Assembly (NCBI GenBank): GCA_003222815.1 | Contig: QHXC01000424.1 | Location: 1-37,893, forward strand | Reading direction: 5' to 3' | From: Acidobacteriota bacterium | GTDB lineage: Bacteria > Acidobacteriota > Terriglobia > 20CM-2-55-15 | Length of the DNA stretch: 37,893 bases | Shown: piece by piece, positions 1 through 8,618 of the stretch | Layout of the letters: each line of letters starts with the position of its first letter | How positions within the stretch are numbered: the first letter of the stretch is position 1 | Made by a program: the position numbers and the translations under genes | Notes under the pieces: generated by a model | Databases searched by the model: none | What the model saw: the letters and a program-made list of their open reading frames with translations, nothing else | What the model was told of the DNA's origin: nothing

Positions 1-2
1 TG

Positions 3-131
3 TTGGAACAGAAAATCCGTGAGGTCAAGCACCAGGCAGCGAGAGAGATTTTCAGAGGCATCAAGACACACTTACTCGACTTCGCAAAACCTTCAGATGA
101 CATTACCATCGTCGTCATCAAGCGGAACTAG
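3..131 (+). CDS. C-terminus of PP2C/SpoIIE-type phosphatase (partial at window edge)
   Basis: Manual translation LEQKIREVKHQAAREIFRGIKTHLLDFAKPSDDITIVVIKRN*; DDITIVVIK is the typical SpoIIE/RsbU terminal motif. Confidence 0.75.
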   Translation: MEQKIREVKHQAAREIFRGIKTHLLDFAKPSDDITIVVIKRN

Positions 132-155
132 CCTCGGTTTCGACCGAGCGATAAC

Positions 156-557
156 TCAGATGGAAATGCGCAATGTCCGTGTATAGATCCACTGCCGAAC
201 CAGGCGGCGCAAAAGCAGCTTGATCGGATACCTGCTCGGTGGAAACAGAAGCAGGAGGCCCGCAATATCGCTTAGGAACCCAGGTGTGATGAGGAGTACG
301 CCCGCAACAAGCACCAGCAAACCGTCGAACAGTTGCTCGGCGGGCATAGTTCCGGCTTGCAAGTCTTCCTGAATGCGGCTAAGAATTCGCAGTCCTTCCA
401 TCTTGGCAAGAATGGCTCCCGCAATGCCGGCGCCGAAGACAAGCATCAGGGTGTATAAGGTTCCAATCCGGCGGCCTATTTCGATGAGCACCGTAAATTC
501 CAGTATCGGTATCAATATGAAGAGGACTGCGAGTGTGAAGAGGACTTTTATACGCAT
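156..557 (-). CDS. fxsA: FxsA family membrane protein
   Basis: Hydrophobic protein with PILEFTVLIEIG and LLITPGFLSD motifs; start trimmed to ATG at 557. Confidence 0.9.
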   Translation of the reverse strand: MRIKVLFTLAVLFILIPILEFTVLIEIGRRIGTLYTLMLVFGAGIAGAILAKMEGLRILSRIQEDLQAGTMPAEQLFDGLLVLVAGVLLITPGFLSDIAGLLLLFPPSRYPIKLLLRRLVRQWIYTRTLRISI

Positions 558-574
558 TATTTCTGTATGGTAGC

Positions 575-799
575 ATGCCGGCTGTGAGGCATGTCGCAAT
601 CGCTTGGGCGCTGGTTCGGTTCTACTTTCGAATCACGCCACGCGATTGGTACCGCAGACCGCCATTTCTTCCATTTCCTCCCGGTAATTATCTCCATTGG
701 AGATTGCGAACAGCTTACGGGAAGCATCGTCCACCATGGCCAGAAGTACTCCACGACGTTTGGCAATTTGGCGATTGGCTTCGCACTTTCAAGACGTAA
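575..799 (+). CDS. Small hypothetical protein (PFLPFP..YLHWRLRTAYG motif)
   Basis: 74-aa Trp/Pro-rich ORF; stop 2 nt before the NUDIX start suggests an operon. Confidence 0.65.
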   Translation: MPAVRHVAIAWALVRFYFRITPRDWYRRPPFLPFPPGNYLHWRLRTAYGKHRPPWPEVLHDVWQFGDWLRTFKT

Positions 800-801
800 A
801 T

Positions 802-1182
802 ATGTCAAAACCGGTTAAAGAATCTGTCGCAGTCATCGTCTTTAACGGGGACCAAATCTTGTTAATTCGGCGGTCCGATGATGACGACGAGTTGCCAGGC
901 ATTTGGGGACTTCCGGCGGGAACGAGCCGTGATAAGGAAACAGCCGAGGATATTATCGTTCGGATCGGCCGCGACAAGCTTGGCGTGAAGCTTGTACCCG
1001 TTCGCATGCTCGCCTCAGGCACGCAGAATCGGCCTCGCTACAGGTTGAACATGGAACTGTGGGAGGCTTCCATGGAAGGAACACCAAAATATCCGCAGTG
1101 GCAGTGGGGCCCGCGGGATCTGCTCCGTACAGGGGCGGCTTCGGGCTCGCTTTGCTGTGAACTTGCCCTGCAGCGGTTATAA
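802..1182 (+). CDS. NUDIX hydrolase (divergent Nudix box)
   Basis: SVAVIVFNGDQILLIRRS...GIWGLPAG...ETAEDIIVRIGRDKLG; start trimmed to ATG at 802. Confidence 0.85.
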   Translation: MSKPVKESVAVIVFNGDQILLIRRSDDDDELPGIWGLPAGTSRDKETAEDIIVRIGRDKLGVKLVPVRMLASGTQNRPRYRLNMELWEASMEGTPKYPQWQWGPRDLLRTGAASGSLCCELALQRL

Positions 1183-1260
1183 AAAGAAAAAGCCGCGTCA
1201 GCGGATGATTGCGTTCTCGCCAGGGACGGTAGCAAAAACGGCAATCGCTCGACGCGGCTT
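1180..1260 (-). terminator. Long minus-strand hairpin followed by U-tract (intrinsic terminator or 3' end of an sRNA)
   Basis: AAGCCGCGTC (1190-1199) pairs with GACGCGGCTT (1251-1260), with further inner stems; followed on the minus strand by TTTCTTTTT. Confidence 0.75.
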
Positions 1261-1327
1261 GATAGGCTCGCTTCTGATCAATAGACCTCTCAGGTTCACA
1301 GAAAATACAATTTAATTCAAAATCGAT

Positions 1328-2323
1328 CTAAATTTCCCAGCGGAGCAGGAGGCTTCCCCATGTGAAACCGGCCCCAAAGCTCGCCATAAGGATCAGATCC
1401 TTTCGCTGAACTTGTTTAGATTCGACAGCTTCTGAGAGGCAAATCGGGATTGTGGCGGCGGTGGTATTCGCATATCGGTCGATATTGATGGCGACCTGTC
1501 CTTTGGCAAGCTCCATCTTTTCCACGGCGGCCTGGATGATTCGAAGATTGGCCTGGTGGGGAATGTAAAGCTTCAGGTCGCTGACCTTGAGTCCATGCTT
1601 ATCGAGGATCTGCTGCGAAATGTCTGCCATCCCTCGAACGGCGAATTTGAAGACACTCCTGCCGTCCTGGTGGACGTAGTGCATTCGCTTTCGGACGGTT
1701 TCTTCAGATGCGGGATTCAGGCTTCCGCCCGCAGGCATATACAAATACCGCCCGCCTGCCCCGTCGCTGCGAAGAATGAAGTCGATGATTCCCCGCTCAC
1801 CATCCTCTGCAGGTTCGATGAGAACAGCCCCGGCGCCATCGCCGAACAAAACGCATGTCGCGCGATCCTGAAAATCAATGATGGATGTCATCACATCGGC
1901 GCCAATGACAAGCACTTTATCGTGAGCGCCAGTTGCGACAAACTGCGCTGCAGTTGTCAACGCGTAAATGAAACCCGAACATGCGCCGGACAGGTCAAAA
2001 CCCCACGCTTTACCAGCGCCGATCTTCGTCTGAACCAAACATGCGCTGGACGGAAAAAACATGTCGGGCGTGACGGTGGCGACAATGATCAGGTCCAGTT
2101 CTGCGGGATCTAACCCGCGCTGGGCAAGCGCCAGCTTGGCGGCCTCGGCTCCGAGGTCGCTCGTTCCCTGACCTTTTGCGGCGACACGCCGCTCGCGAAT
2201 ACCCGTTCTTTCGAAAATCCACGTGTCGGAGGTATCGACGATTTTTGCAAGATCCTTATTCGTGAGTCGGCGCTCGGGCAGATAATGACTGACGGCCGTT
2301 ATTTTTGCGCCACGTATAGACAA
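1328..2323 (-). CDS. fabH: 3-oxoacyl-ACP synthase III
   Basis: GACSGF (Cys), PHQAN (His), YANT (Asn), FGDGAGA, FGAGFTWG. Confidence 0.97.
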   Translation of the reverse strand: MSIRGAKITAVSHYLPERRLTNKDLAKIVDTSDTWIFERTGIRERRVAAKGQGTSDLGAEAAKLALAQRGLDPAELDLIIVATVTPDMFFPSSACLVQTKIGAGKAWGFDLSGACSGFIYALTTAAQFVATGAHDKVLVIGADVMTSIIDFQDRATCVLFGDGAGAVLIEPAEDGERGIIDFILRSDGAGGRYLYMPAGGSLNPASEETVRKRMHYVHQDGRSVFKFAVRGMADISQQILDKHGLKVSDLKLYIPHQANLRIIQAAVEKMELAKGQVAINIDRYANTTAATIPICLSEAVESKQVQRKDLILMASFGAGFTWGSLLLRWEI

Positions 2324-2596
2324 TAATATTTACCTGGTTAAGACGTTCAAAACGCCGAAATCTAACACAACCTTTACGCGTGTTACAATGCCGTGAAGCA
2401 CGGCCGCACTCAACCCTCCATGGTAGGCGCTCAAGCCGTCCATGGGATCGCTTAGTATTATGGATCAGACATACTTCCGCCGTTCTGAATGTCTGGAAAA
2501 GCGACTCCGAACAATCAGATCGGAGAAACCCTCGAACGGATCGTCAGTCTTCGCGGTAAAATGGACTTGTAAACTTTATTAGGAGTGTACCAACAC

Positions 2597-2989
2597 GTGG
2601 CATACGATCCCAAGAAAGCAAACCCCACACTGATCATTCCGGAGGCTCCGGCGAAGATAACGAGGAAGAAAAAGAAGCCCAAGGAAATCGCAGTCGTGAT
2701 ACCCGATAATTGCACGGGCTGCGAAGCCTGCGTGAGCTTTTGTCCGGTCGATTGTATCGAACTGACGCCCCGCGATACTTCCGACGGCATCAATGTTGTG
2801 ATCCCGAACGTGCAGATCCGGTTCGATGAATGTATCGGTTGCAAGATTTGCGTGCACGTTTGCGAACGAATGGCCTGGGACGCCATCGAGATGTGGCCCA
2901 CCGAGCAGGTCGAGGGGTTTTTTGAGATCAAAATCCACGACAAGTACGAAGATGCCGTAGCCGCCCACGCGGAGAAAATGGGGACATAG
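2597..2989 (+). CDS. 2x[4Fe-4S] dicluster ferredoxin-like protein
   Basis: CTGCEACVSFCP and CIGCKICVHVC; AGGAG RBS at 2581, likely GTG start at 2597. Confidence 0.9.
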   Translation: MAYDPKKANPTLIIPEAPAKITRKKKKPKEIAVVIPDNCTGCEACVSFCPVDCIELTPRDTSDGINVVIPNVQIRFDECIGCKICVHVCERMAWDAIEMWPTEQVEGFFEIKIHDKYEDAVAAHAEKMGT

Positions 2990-3011
2990 GGCTACGTCCC
3001 CATTTTCTCCG
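2970..3011. repeat. Perfect 16-bp inverted repeat overlapping both convergent gene ends
   Basis: CGGAGAAAATGGGGAC (2970-2985) / GTCCCCATTTTCTCCG (2996-3011). Confidence 0.9.
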
Positions 3012-4008
3012 AATTCTCCGCGACTGCTTTCATCAAAGCCTCCCCGTGGAACCGTCCGTTCTCGATAAATATTTCGCCGTTTAGACGGCCGCCGATCACG
3101 GATCCTGCCAGATATACACCCTCAACATTTGTCTCGAATGTTTGAGGATCGTATTGTGGCCGAAGTGTGTCCGGATCGTATTGCACGCCGAGCTGATCGA
3201 AGAACTTCGTCGACGGATGGTAACCGGTCAACGCGAATACATGCTGCGCGGGAATCTCGCTCGTTGTGCCGTTTTGAGCGGTCTTTACATGGTCTCTGGT
3301 GATCTGGAGGACCTTCGCGTTGAGGTGAGGTATTATCTCGCCCTTCTTGAACCGGTTCTCGATATCGGGCCGGATCCAGTACTTCACAGTCTGTCCCAAG
3401 GCCGCACCGCGATGAACTAGTGAAACTCTCGCCCCGCCTCGGAACAAGTCGAGCGCTGTTTCGACGGCCGAGTTTTTCCCGCCAATGACGACCACATCCC
3501 GATTAAAGAAAGGATGAGCTTCCGTATAGTAATGCGATACGTGCGGCAGGTCTTCGCCTGGAATACCCATCAAGTTTGGGTTGTCGTAGTATCCGATCGA
3601 AATCACGACGTTCCGGGCATCATATGCCGATTCGGTTGTATGGATCCGGAAAACGTGGGATTCGAGCTGTTCAATTCGAACCACTTCTTCGTACTGATGA
3701 ACATCGAGTTGGTAGGCCGCGACGACTTTCCGGTAATACTTGAGCCCTTCGTTTCGCGTGGGTTTTTCGCGGTCGGAAACCAGCGGCATACCGCCGATCT
3801 CGAGCAGTTCCGGCGTCGTAAAGAAGATCATCTGAGTAGGGAAGTGCAAAATGGAGTTCGTGATGCAACCCTTTTCCAGCACGGTGTATTGCAACTGATG
3901 CTTTTTCGCTTCAATCGCGCACGCCAGCCCCGACGGGCCCGCGCCTACGATGACAACGTCGAAGGGGGATCTTGAGTTTTGGGTTTCGGATTGTGGATTT
4001 GAAGTCAC
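2992..4008 (-). CDS. ypdA: YpdA family FAD-dependent disulfide reductase
   Basis: GAGPSG, FFTTPELLEIGG, GYYDNPN, GGKNSA, IFIENGRFH; GTG start overlaps the dapF stop (GTGA). Confidence 0.9.
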   Translation of the reverse strand: MTSNPQSETQNSRSPFDVVIVGAGPSGLACAIEAKKHQLQYTVLEKGCITNSILHFPTQMIFFTTPELLEIGGMPLVSDREKPTRNEGLKYYRKVVAAYQLDVHQYEEVVRIEQLESHVFRIHTTESAYDARNVVISIGYYDNPNLMGIPGEDLPHVSHYYTEAHPFFNRDVVVIGGKNSAVETALDLFRGGARVSLVHRGAALGQTVKYWIRPDIENRFKKGEIIPHLNAKVLQITRDHVKTAQNGTTSEIPAQHVFALTGYHPSTKFFDQLGVQYDPDTLRPQYDPQTFETNVEGVYLAGSVIGGRLNGEIFIENGRFHGEALMKAVAENSEKMGT

Positions 4009-4717
4009 AGTTCCAAGTAATTTCCTTCGGCAATGATGTTGGCCGTCGCTGTCAGCTTCAATCGTCCGTTCTGCAGCCACTCTACGGACAGCTTGCCGGC
4101 CTTCGTGTGCACCGTGACTTGCCGGCCTGTCTTTCCATTCAAGATGGAAGCCACGGTGGCGCCGCAGGAACCGGTGCCCGATGCATAAGTTACGCCGACT
4201 CCGCGTTCCCAAAACGACACTTCAATCTCAAAAGCGAGCAATGCGGATTGCCCGTCGAACATGCCGTGATCGTTACCAATTCGCCGTCGGCGGGCAACGG
4301 ATAATTCACAACTTGTTTCATTGCAACCGGCGGCAGAAAAGGAATGTCTTCCGGCGCGAGGCCCGGTACGCCCATGTCCGCCTCGTATTGCTGCCCGGCA
4401 CGGCGCAGCATGTATGCACCTGAAATCGTTTCGAGCCGGATTTCTTCTCCAGGCGAGCGTCCCGATTCGATCAGGTAGGCCGCCGCGCAGCGCAGGCCGT
4501 TTCCTGAACATTCGGCCTCGCTGCCATCCCGATTAAAAATTCTGATCCTGAAAGCATCGTTCTCTGGAGTCCAAAGGATAAGCCCATCGGCCCCGACCCC
4601 GAAATTCCGTTGGCAGATCCGTCTGGCGAATTCGGCTTTGTCCGCAGGAATGTGTGGAGTTTGTTCAACGAGAATGAAATCGTTTCCAAGCGCGTGAGTC
4701 TTGACGAACGGAATCAT
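4005..4717 (-). pseudogene. dapF: Diaminopimelate epimerase, split by an internal deletion/frameshift near 4230 (probably an assembly artefact)
   Basis: HALGNDF, GVGADG, ECSGNGLRC, GNPHC in one frame; WERGVGVTYASGTG in another; the FPxxxNV segment is absent. Confidence 0.88.
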
Positions 4718-5415
4718 ACGATGCGGTCCCCGTCTTCACCGTCGGTTGGTGCCATTACCTGAGCAAAGTCCCTTGCGCTGCTGCCGGTCTCGACCTGGGT
4801 TATTTCGGGCACTTCCGATAGGCGCTGGATGACCTTCACGTTTGTCTCTTTGGGAACAAGCAGGTTGAACCAAACGCGATAGTGTCCGGCCCGCTTCTTG
4901 AAGTTGAAGCTTACGGCCGTCACGGAGCATTCTTGGAGAACCCTATTGATGGACGCTAGCGCTTGATTGAGATCGGTCACGACGAGCGCATAACTGTACG
5001 CTTTGCGTCCCTGAATCCGGTCTTCGATGAAGGATAGGAAGTAGAGAGTTACAAGGCTCATCGCGGTCGCGAAAACGGCAACGAGGTACATTCCCGATCC
5101 AAGCGCCATTCCCACACCCGCCACAACCCAAATTGTTGCGGCCGTCGTGAGCCCCAGTACGAATCCATGGGAATGCAGGACGGCACCGGCCCCGAGAAAT
5201 CCGATTCCGGAAATGATTTGTGCTGCGATTCTTGTCGGATCTCCACCGAGCAGTTGGGCAACCTTGGTTGAAATACTCATGAACAATGTCGAGCCCACAC
5301 AAATCAGAATATTGGTTCGCAGGCCGGCTGGCTTGTCGCGAATTTCCCGCTCGATACCGATGATGCCGCCCAGTATCGCGGCCAGCAGCAGCTTGATTGG
5401 GATGGAAGGATCCAT
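4714..5415 (-). CDS. MgtC/SapB family membrane protein
   Basis: GIERE..KPAGLRT, DPTRIAAQIISGIGFLGAG, GLTTAATIW. Confidence 0.93.
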   Translation of the reverse strand: MDPSIPIKLLLAAILGGIIGIEREIRDKPAGLRTNILICVGSTLFMSISTKVAQLLGGDPTRIAAQIISGIGFLGAGAVLHSHGFVLGLTTAATIWVVAGVGMALGSGMYLVAVFATAMSLVTLYFLSFIEDRIQGRKAYSYALVVTDLNQALASINRVLQECSVTAVSFNFKKRAGHYRVWFNLLVPKETNVKVIQRLSEVPEITQVETGSSARDFAQVMAPTDGEDGDRIV

Positions 5416-5420
5416 ATTAA

Positions 5421-5516
5421 GATTTCGGATTGCGGATTTCGGATTGCGAATTTAGGGAACCATCGCTGGCCAAGGGGTTCCCCAAGTCCGCAATCCGCAA
5501 TCCGAAATTCGCAATT
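5421..5516. repeat. Inverted pair of heptamer tandem arrays (ATT[T/G]CGG)n
   Basis: ATTTCGG ATTGCGG ATTTCGG ATTGCGA ... AGTCCGC AATCCGC AATCCGA AATTCGC, with inner GGAACC/GGTTCC stem. Confidence 0.85.
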
Positions 5517-5519
5517 GCC

Positions 5520-6340
5520 TCACAATTCCTCAAAATGCGTGAGCGCCTTGAACTGACGAAAACGCTCGTCGACTTCGGCTCGAGTGAGATTCGTCAGCCG
5601 GTTCAGGCTGAATTGCTCCACGTTAAACGACGCCATGACCGAGCCGAAGACGATGCCGCGCCGGAATACCCGCTCGTTCACATCACCAGCGTGCGCGAGC
5701 GCGCCCATGAAGCCGCCGGCAAAGGAGTCGCCCGCGCCAGTGGGATCAAAGACGTCTTCTAACGGGAATGCGGGGGCGCCGAAAATGGACTTTCCGTTGA
5801 ACATGAGTACGCCGTACTCGCCTCGTTTAACGATCAGCGTCTGGGGACCCATGGCGAGCACTTTGTTTGCGGCCCGTACGAGATTCGGTTCGTCCGCAAG
5901 CATTCGGGTTTCGCCACACGAGGCCGCTTGATCTGTTCGAGCACGCTGAGCTGGAGTTCAGGATCGATATTGCCAAGGAAAACGTATTCGGAAGAGCGAT
6001 ATTGTTCGGGAATGACCGGTTTGAACGTCTCGAAGACGTTGAGTTGCGTGTCCAGCGTCCGAGCCTCGTTGAGGTCGTATCCGTATTCGCCTTTCCACCG
6101 GAAGGTCTTGCCCGCTGTTCGCGTGAGGCCCTCGATGTCGATCTTATGCTTGCGGAAGATCTCGACGTGTTTGTCGCCAAAATCAGTCCCGACCACTGCG
6201 ACCACGCGCACCGGAGCAAAGTAGCTTGCCGCTACGGAAAAATACGTTGCCGAGCCACCAAGTATTTCTTCGGCTTCCCCGAACGGCGTCTTTACAGAGT
6301 CGAACGCCACCGAGCCCACAACAAGAATGGATGCAGCCAT
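5520..6340 (-). pseudogene. PfkB family carbohydrate/nucleoside kinase, split by an internal deletion near 5915 (probably an artefact)
   Basis: GSVAFDS, GGSATY in the N-terminal frame; KRGEYG, DPTGAGDSFAGG in the C-terminal frame; the DTMN..IND segment is missing. Confidence 0.85.
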
Positions 6341-6348
6341 TTTCGGTT

Positions 6349-7212
6349 TTACTCCTTATTTGTTGCGCTTCCGCGCCTCCAGCTTTGAACGAGAACCGCC
6401 GAGGCGGCAAATATAAATGTTGCGAGCAACCCGCCTTCAGGGCCGTAGTCCCCGCCCAGAATAGTGTCTCTTCCCGCTATGCCCGTCGTCCAGACGGAAG
6501 CGATATCCACGCCGGATAACGGAAAACCCAGAATGAATCCAAGACCAACATTCCAGCCGACGTGGATACCGTAAGGGAACCATAAGGACCGTGTTCGAAC
6601 ATACGCGAGCGACAATAAAATGCCTGCCACCATCGTGTTTGCTGTTCCCAGTAATGAAGAATTCGGATTATTCAAGTGAACCAGGCCGAATACAGTGGAC
6701 AAGAAAAGCACGGCCGGCCATGTTCCCATACCGTCGATCAAGACCTGAAGCGGGAATCCGCGAAACATCAATTCTTCATTGCCTGCGGCCAACAGCAGCA
6801 CTCCCAGAGTGCCGGCCAATGTCCGGACGGGGACCTGACCGCCCGTCCACCCAATGCGGACGTAGCCGAATGCAAAACATCCAGCCATAAGCACCGCCAG
6901 CATCCCTGCGGCCAGAGCCAGACCAGTCCCCAGATGCCGGCGCCACTGGGGCACAAATCCTATACCAAATACCGTCAGCGGACGGCGATCTATAAGCCGG
7001 ACTATCAAGAACACCGCTGTCACGGCAGGGATGACCAATGCCACCTCATTCAGCGCGAGAAGCGTGAGTTGATCGTCCGGCAGGTTGGCCCTGGCATAAA
7101 GTACCGACACCGCTATCCCTGAAGCAATCCAAATAAGAACGAAGATTGCGACATAAACGGCGAATTTCCAGCCGGAGCGGAGCTCGTGATTAGCGTTTAG
7201 AAAAATGTTCAA
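6349..7212 (-). CDS. CPBP (Abi/CAAX) intramembrane metalloprotease
   Basis: EELMFRG, FGLVH, HVGWN, GPEGG motifs; multiple TM segments. Confidence 0.92.
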   Translation of the reverse strand: MNIFLNANHELRSGWKFAVYVAIFVLIWIASGIAVSVLYARANLPDDQLTLLALNEVALVIPAVTAVFLIVRLIDRRPLTVFGIGFVPQWRRHLGTGLALAAGMLAVLMAGCFAFGYVRIGWTGGQVPVRTLAGTLGVLLLAAGNEELMFRGFPLQVLIDGMGTWPAVLFLSTVFGLVHLNNPNSSLLGTANTMVAGILLSLAYVRTRSLWFPYGIHVGWNVGLGFILGFPLSGVDIASVWTTGIAGRDTILGGDYGPEGGLLATFIFAASAVLVQSWRRGSATNKE

Positions 7213-7256
7213 GGTCTGTGACGTCCTGGCCGGCGCTGCGAAGGCAATAATAGCGG

Positions 7257-7290
7257 GCGGCCCATTCGCGTAATTCGCGCAATTCGCGGC
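7257..7290. repeat. 9-nt-unit intergenic repeat (ATTCGCGTA-like)
   Basis: 33/34 nt identical to the reverse complement of 28092-28125. Confidence 0.85.
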
Positions 7291-7307
7291 TCATTTCTAG
7301 CTGCCTT

Positions 7308-8171
7308 TCAAACGTATTTTTTTAGCAGCAGTTCTAGCTTCGCCCGCGTTGCTTGCGGCACTTTCTTAAGATCCGTCAGGATGGCGTGCTGAAGAGATTG
7401 CTGGCATTTGCATGTACGTTCGACGGGGAGGCGTCTGACAGCGGCCCGGATGACCTTCTGGGCGTTCTCGCTGTTCTTCTTCAAATTCTGGACGACTTCG
7501 CTGACTGTGACCGCATCGTGCTGAGGGTGCCAGCAGTCGTAGTCCGTGACGAGGGCGATGGTGCTGTAGCAGATCTCGGCCTCGCGCGCCAGCTTGGCTT
7601 CTTGAAGGTTTGTCATACCGATGAGCGCCATGCCCAAGCTCCGGTAGACCTGGGATTCCGCCTTCGTCGAGAACTGAGGTCCTTCCATGCAGACGTAGGT
7701 TCCGCCGCGTTTGATCGGAATGTCCACGCTCCGCCCGCCCTGCTCTATGACATCGCCAAGCCGAGAGCAGACCGGGTCGGCGAAGCTGACGTGCACCACG
7801 ATTCCGTCACCAAAAAACGTGGAGATGCGGGTTTTCGTCCGATCATAGAATTGTTCCGGCAAAACGATGTCGAGCGGGCGCAGTTCCTCTTTCAGGGAGC
7901 CGACAGCGCTTGCCGAGAGGATCCACTCGACTCCCAGTTTTTTTAGGCCGTAGATGTTCGCACGGAAGTTGAGTTCCGAAGGCGAGATCGTGTGATTGCG
8001 ATTGTGCCGTGCCAGGAACGCTACCCGCTGGCCTTCGAGAGTACCGATGCGATACGCATCAGAGGGTTTTCCAAAGGGAGTTTCGATTTCCACCTCGTCG
8101 ATCGAAGTCAATCCTTCCATTTGGTACAAACCGCTTCCGCCGATTATTCCGATTCGGACTTCATTCGCCAT
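7308..8171 (-). CDS. mtnP: S-methyl-5'-thioadenosine phosphorylase
   Basis: IGIIGGSGLY, TPFGKPS, EGPQFSTKAES, GMTNLQEAKLAREAEICY, TDYDCW. Confidence 0.95.
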   Translation of the reverse strand: MANEVRIGIIGGSGLYQMEGLTSIDEVEIETPFGKPSDAYRIGTLEGQRVAFLARHNRNHTISPSELNFRANIYGLKKLGVEWILSASAVGSLKEELRPLDIVLPEQFYDRTKTRISTFFGDGIVVHVSFADPVCSRLGDVIEQGGRSVDIPIKRGGTYVCMEGPQFSTKAESQVYRSLGMALIGMTNLQEAKLAREAEICYSTIALVTDYDCWHPQHDAVTVSEVVQNLKKNSENAQKVIRAAVRRLPVERTCKCQQSLQHAILTDLKKVPQATRAKLELLLKKYV

Positions 8172-8559
8172 GTTCTACCAGTTCCAGTAAGACGCCGTGT
8201 GTCGAAGAAGGATGAATAAATGCCACGCGTGTATTGTATGCGCCGCGGCGGGGCGCGGAGTCGATCACCCGGACGCCGGATGCCTTGACGCGTTCGAGCG
8301 CTTGTTCAATATCATCGACTCGCACGGCAATATGATGAATGCCCTCACCTCGTTTCGACATGAATTTTTCAATCGGCGAATCCGGCCGCGTTGGCTCCAG
8401 AAGCTCGATCCCGCTCTCACCAATATGGAGCATCGCCACGCGAACGCCCTGATCGGCCACTTCGTCGTAACCGGCAACCTGCAGACCCATCGCTTGTTCG
8501 TACACCTTCACTGCATCCGATATCGATTTCACGGCGATGCCGATGTGATCAATCTTCAT
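8161..8559 (-). CDS. mce: Methylmalonyl-CoA epimerase
   Basis: KIDHIGIAV, GEGIHHIA, AFIHP..THGVLLELVE; GGAGGG RBS. Confidence 0.93.
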   Translation of the reverse strand: MKIDHIGIAVKSISDAVKVYEQAMGLQVAGYDEVADQGVRVAMLHIGESGIELLEPTRPDSPIEKFMSKRGEGIHHIAVRVDDIEQALERVKASGVRVIDSAPRRGAYNTRVAFIHPSSTHGVLLELVEHGE

Positions 8560-8618
8560 GAAGTCTAATCCCCCTCCTGATTCGAGGGTGTTGCAAAACG
8601 ATAATTCCAAAAGTGGTA

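Noticed and set aside
4009-4212. N-terminal extension of YpdA
   Set aside because: It is an alternative frame of the dapF C-terminus
5421-5516. CRISPR array
   Set aside because: Tandem 7-mers with no unique spacers and no cas genes; the same applies to the 9-nt repeats
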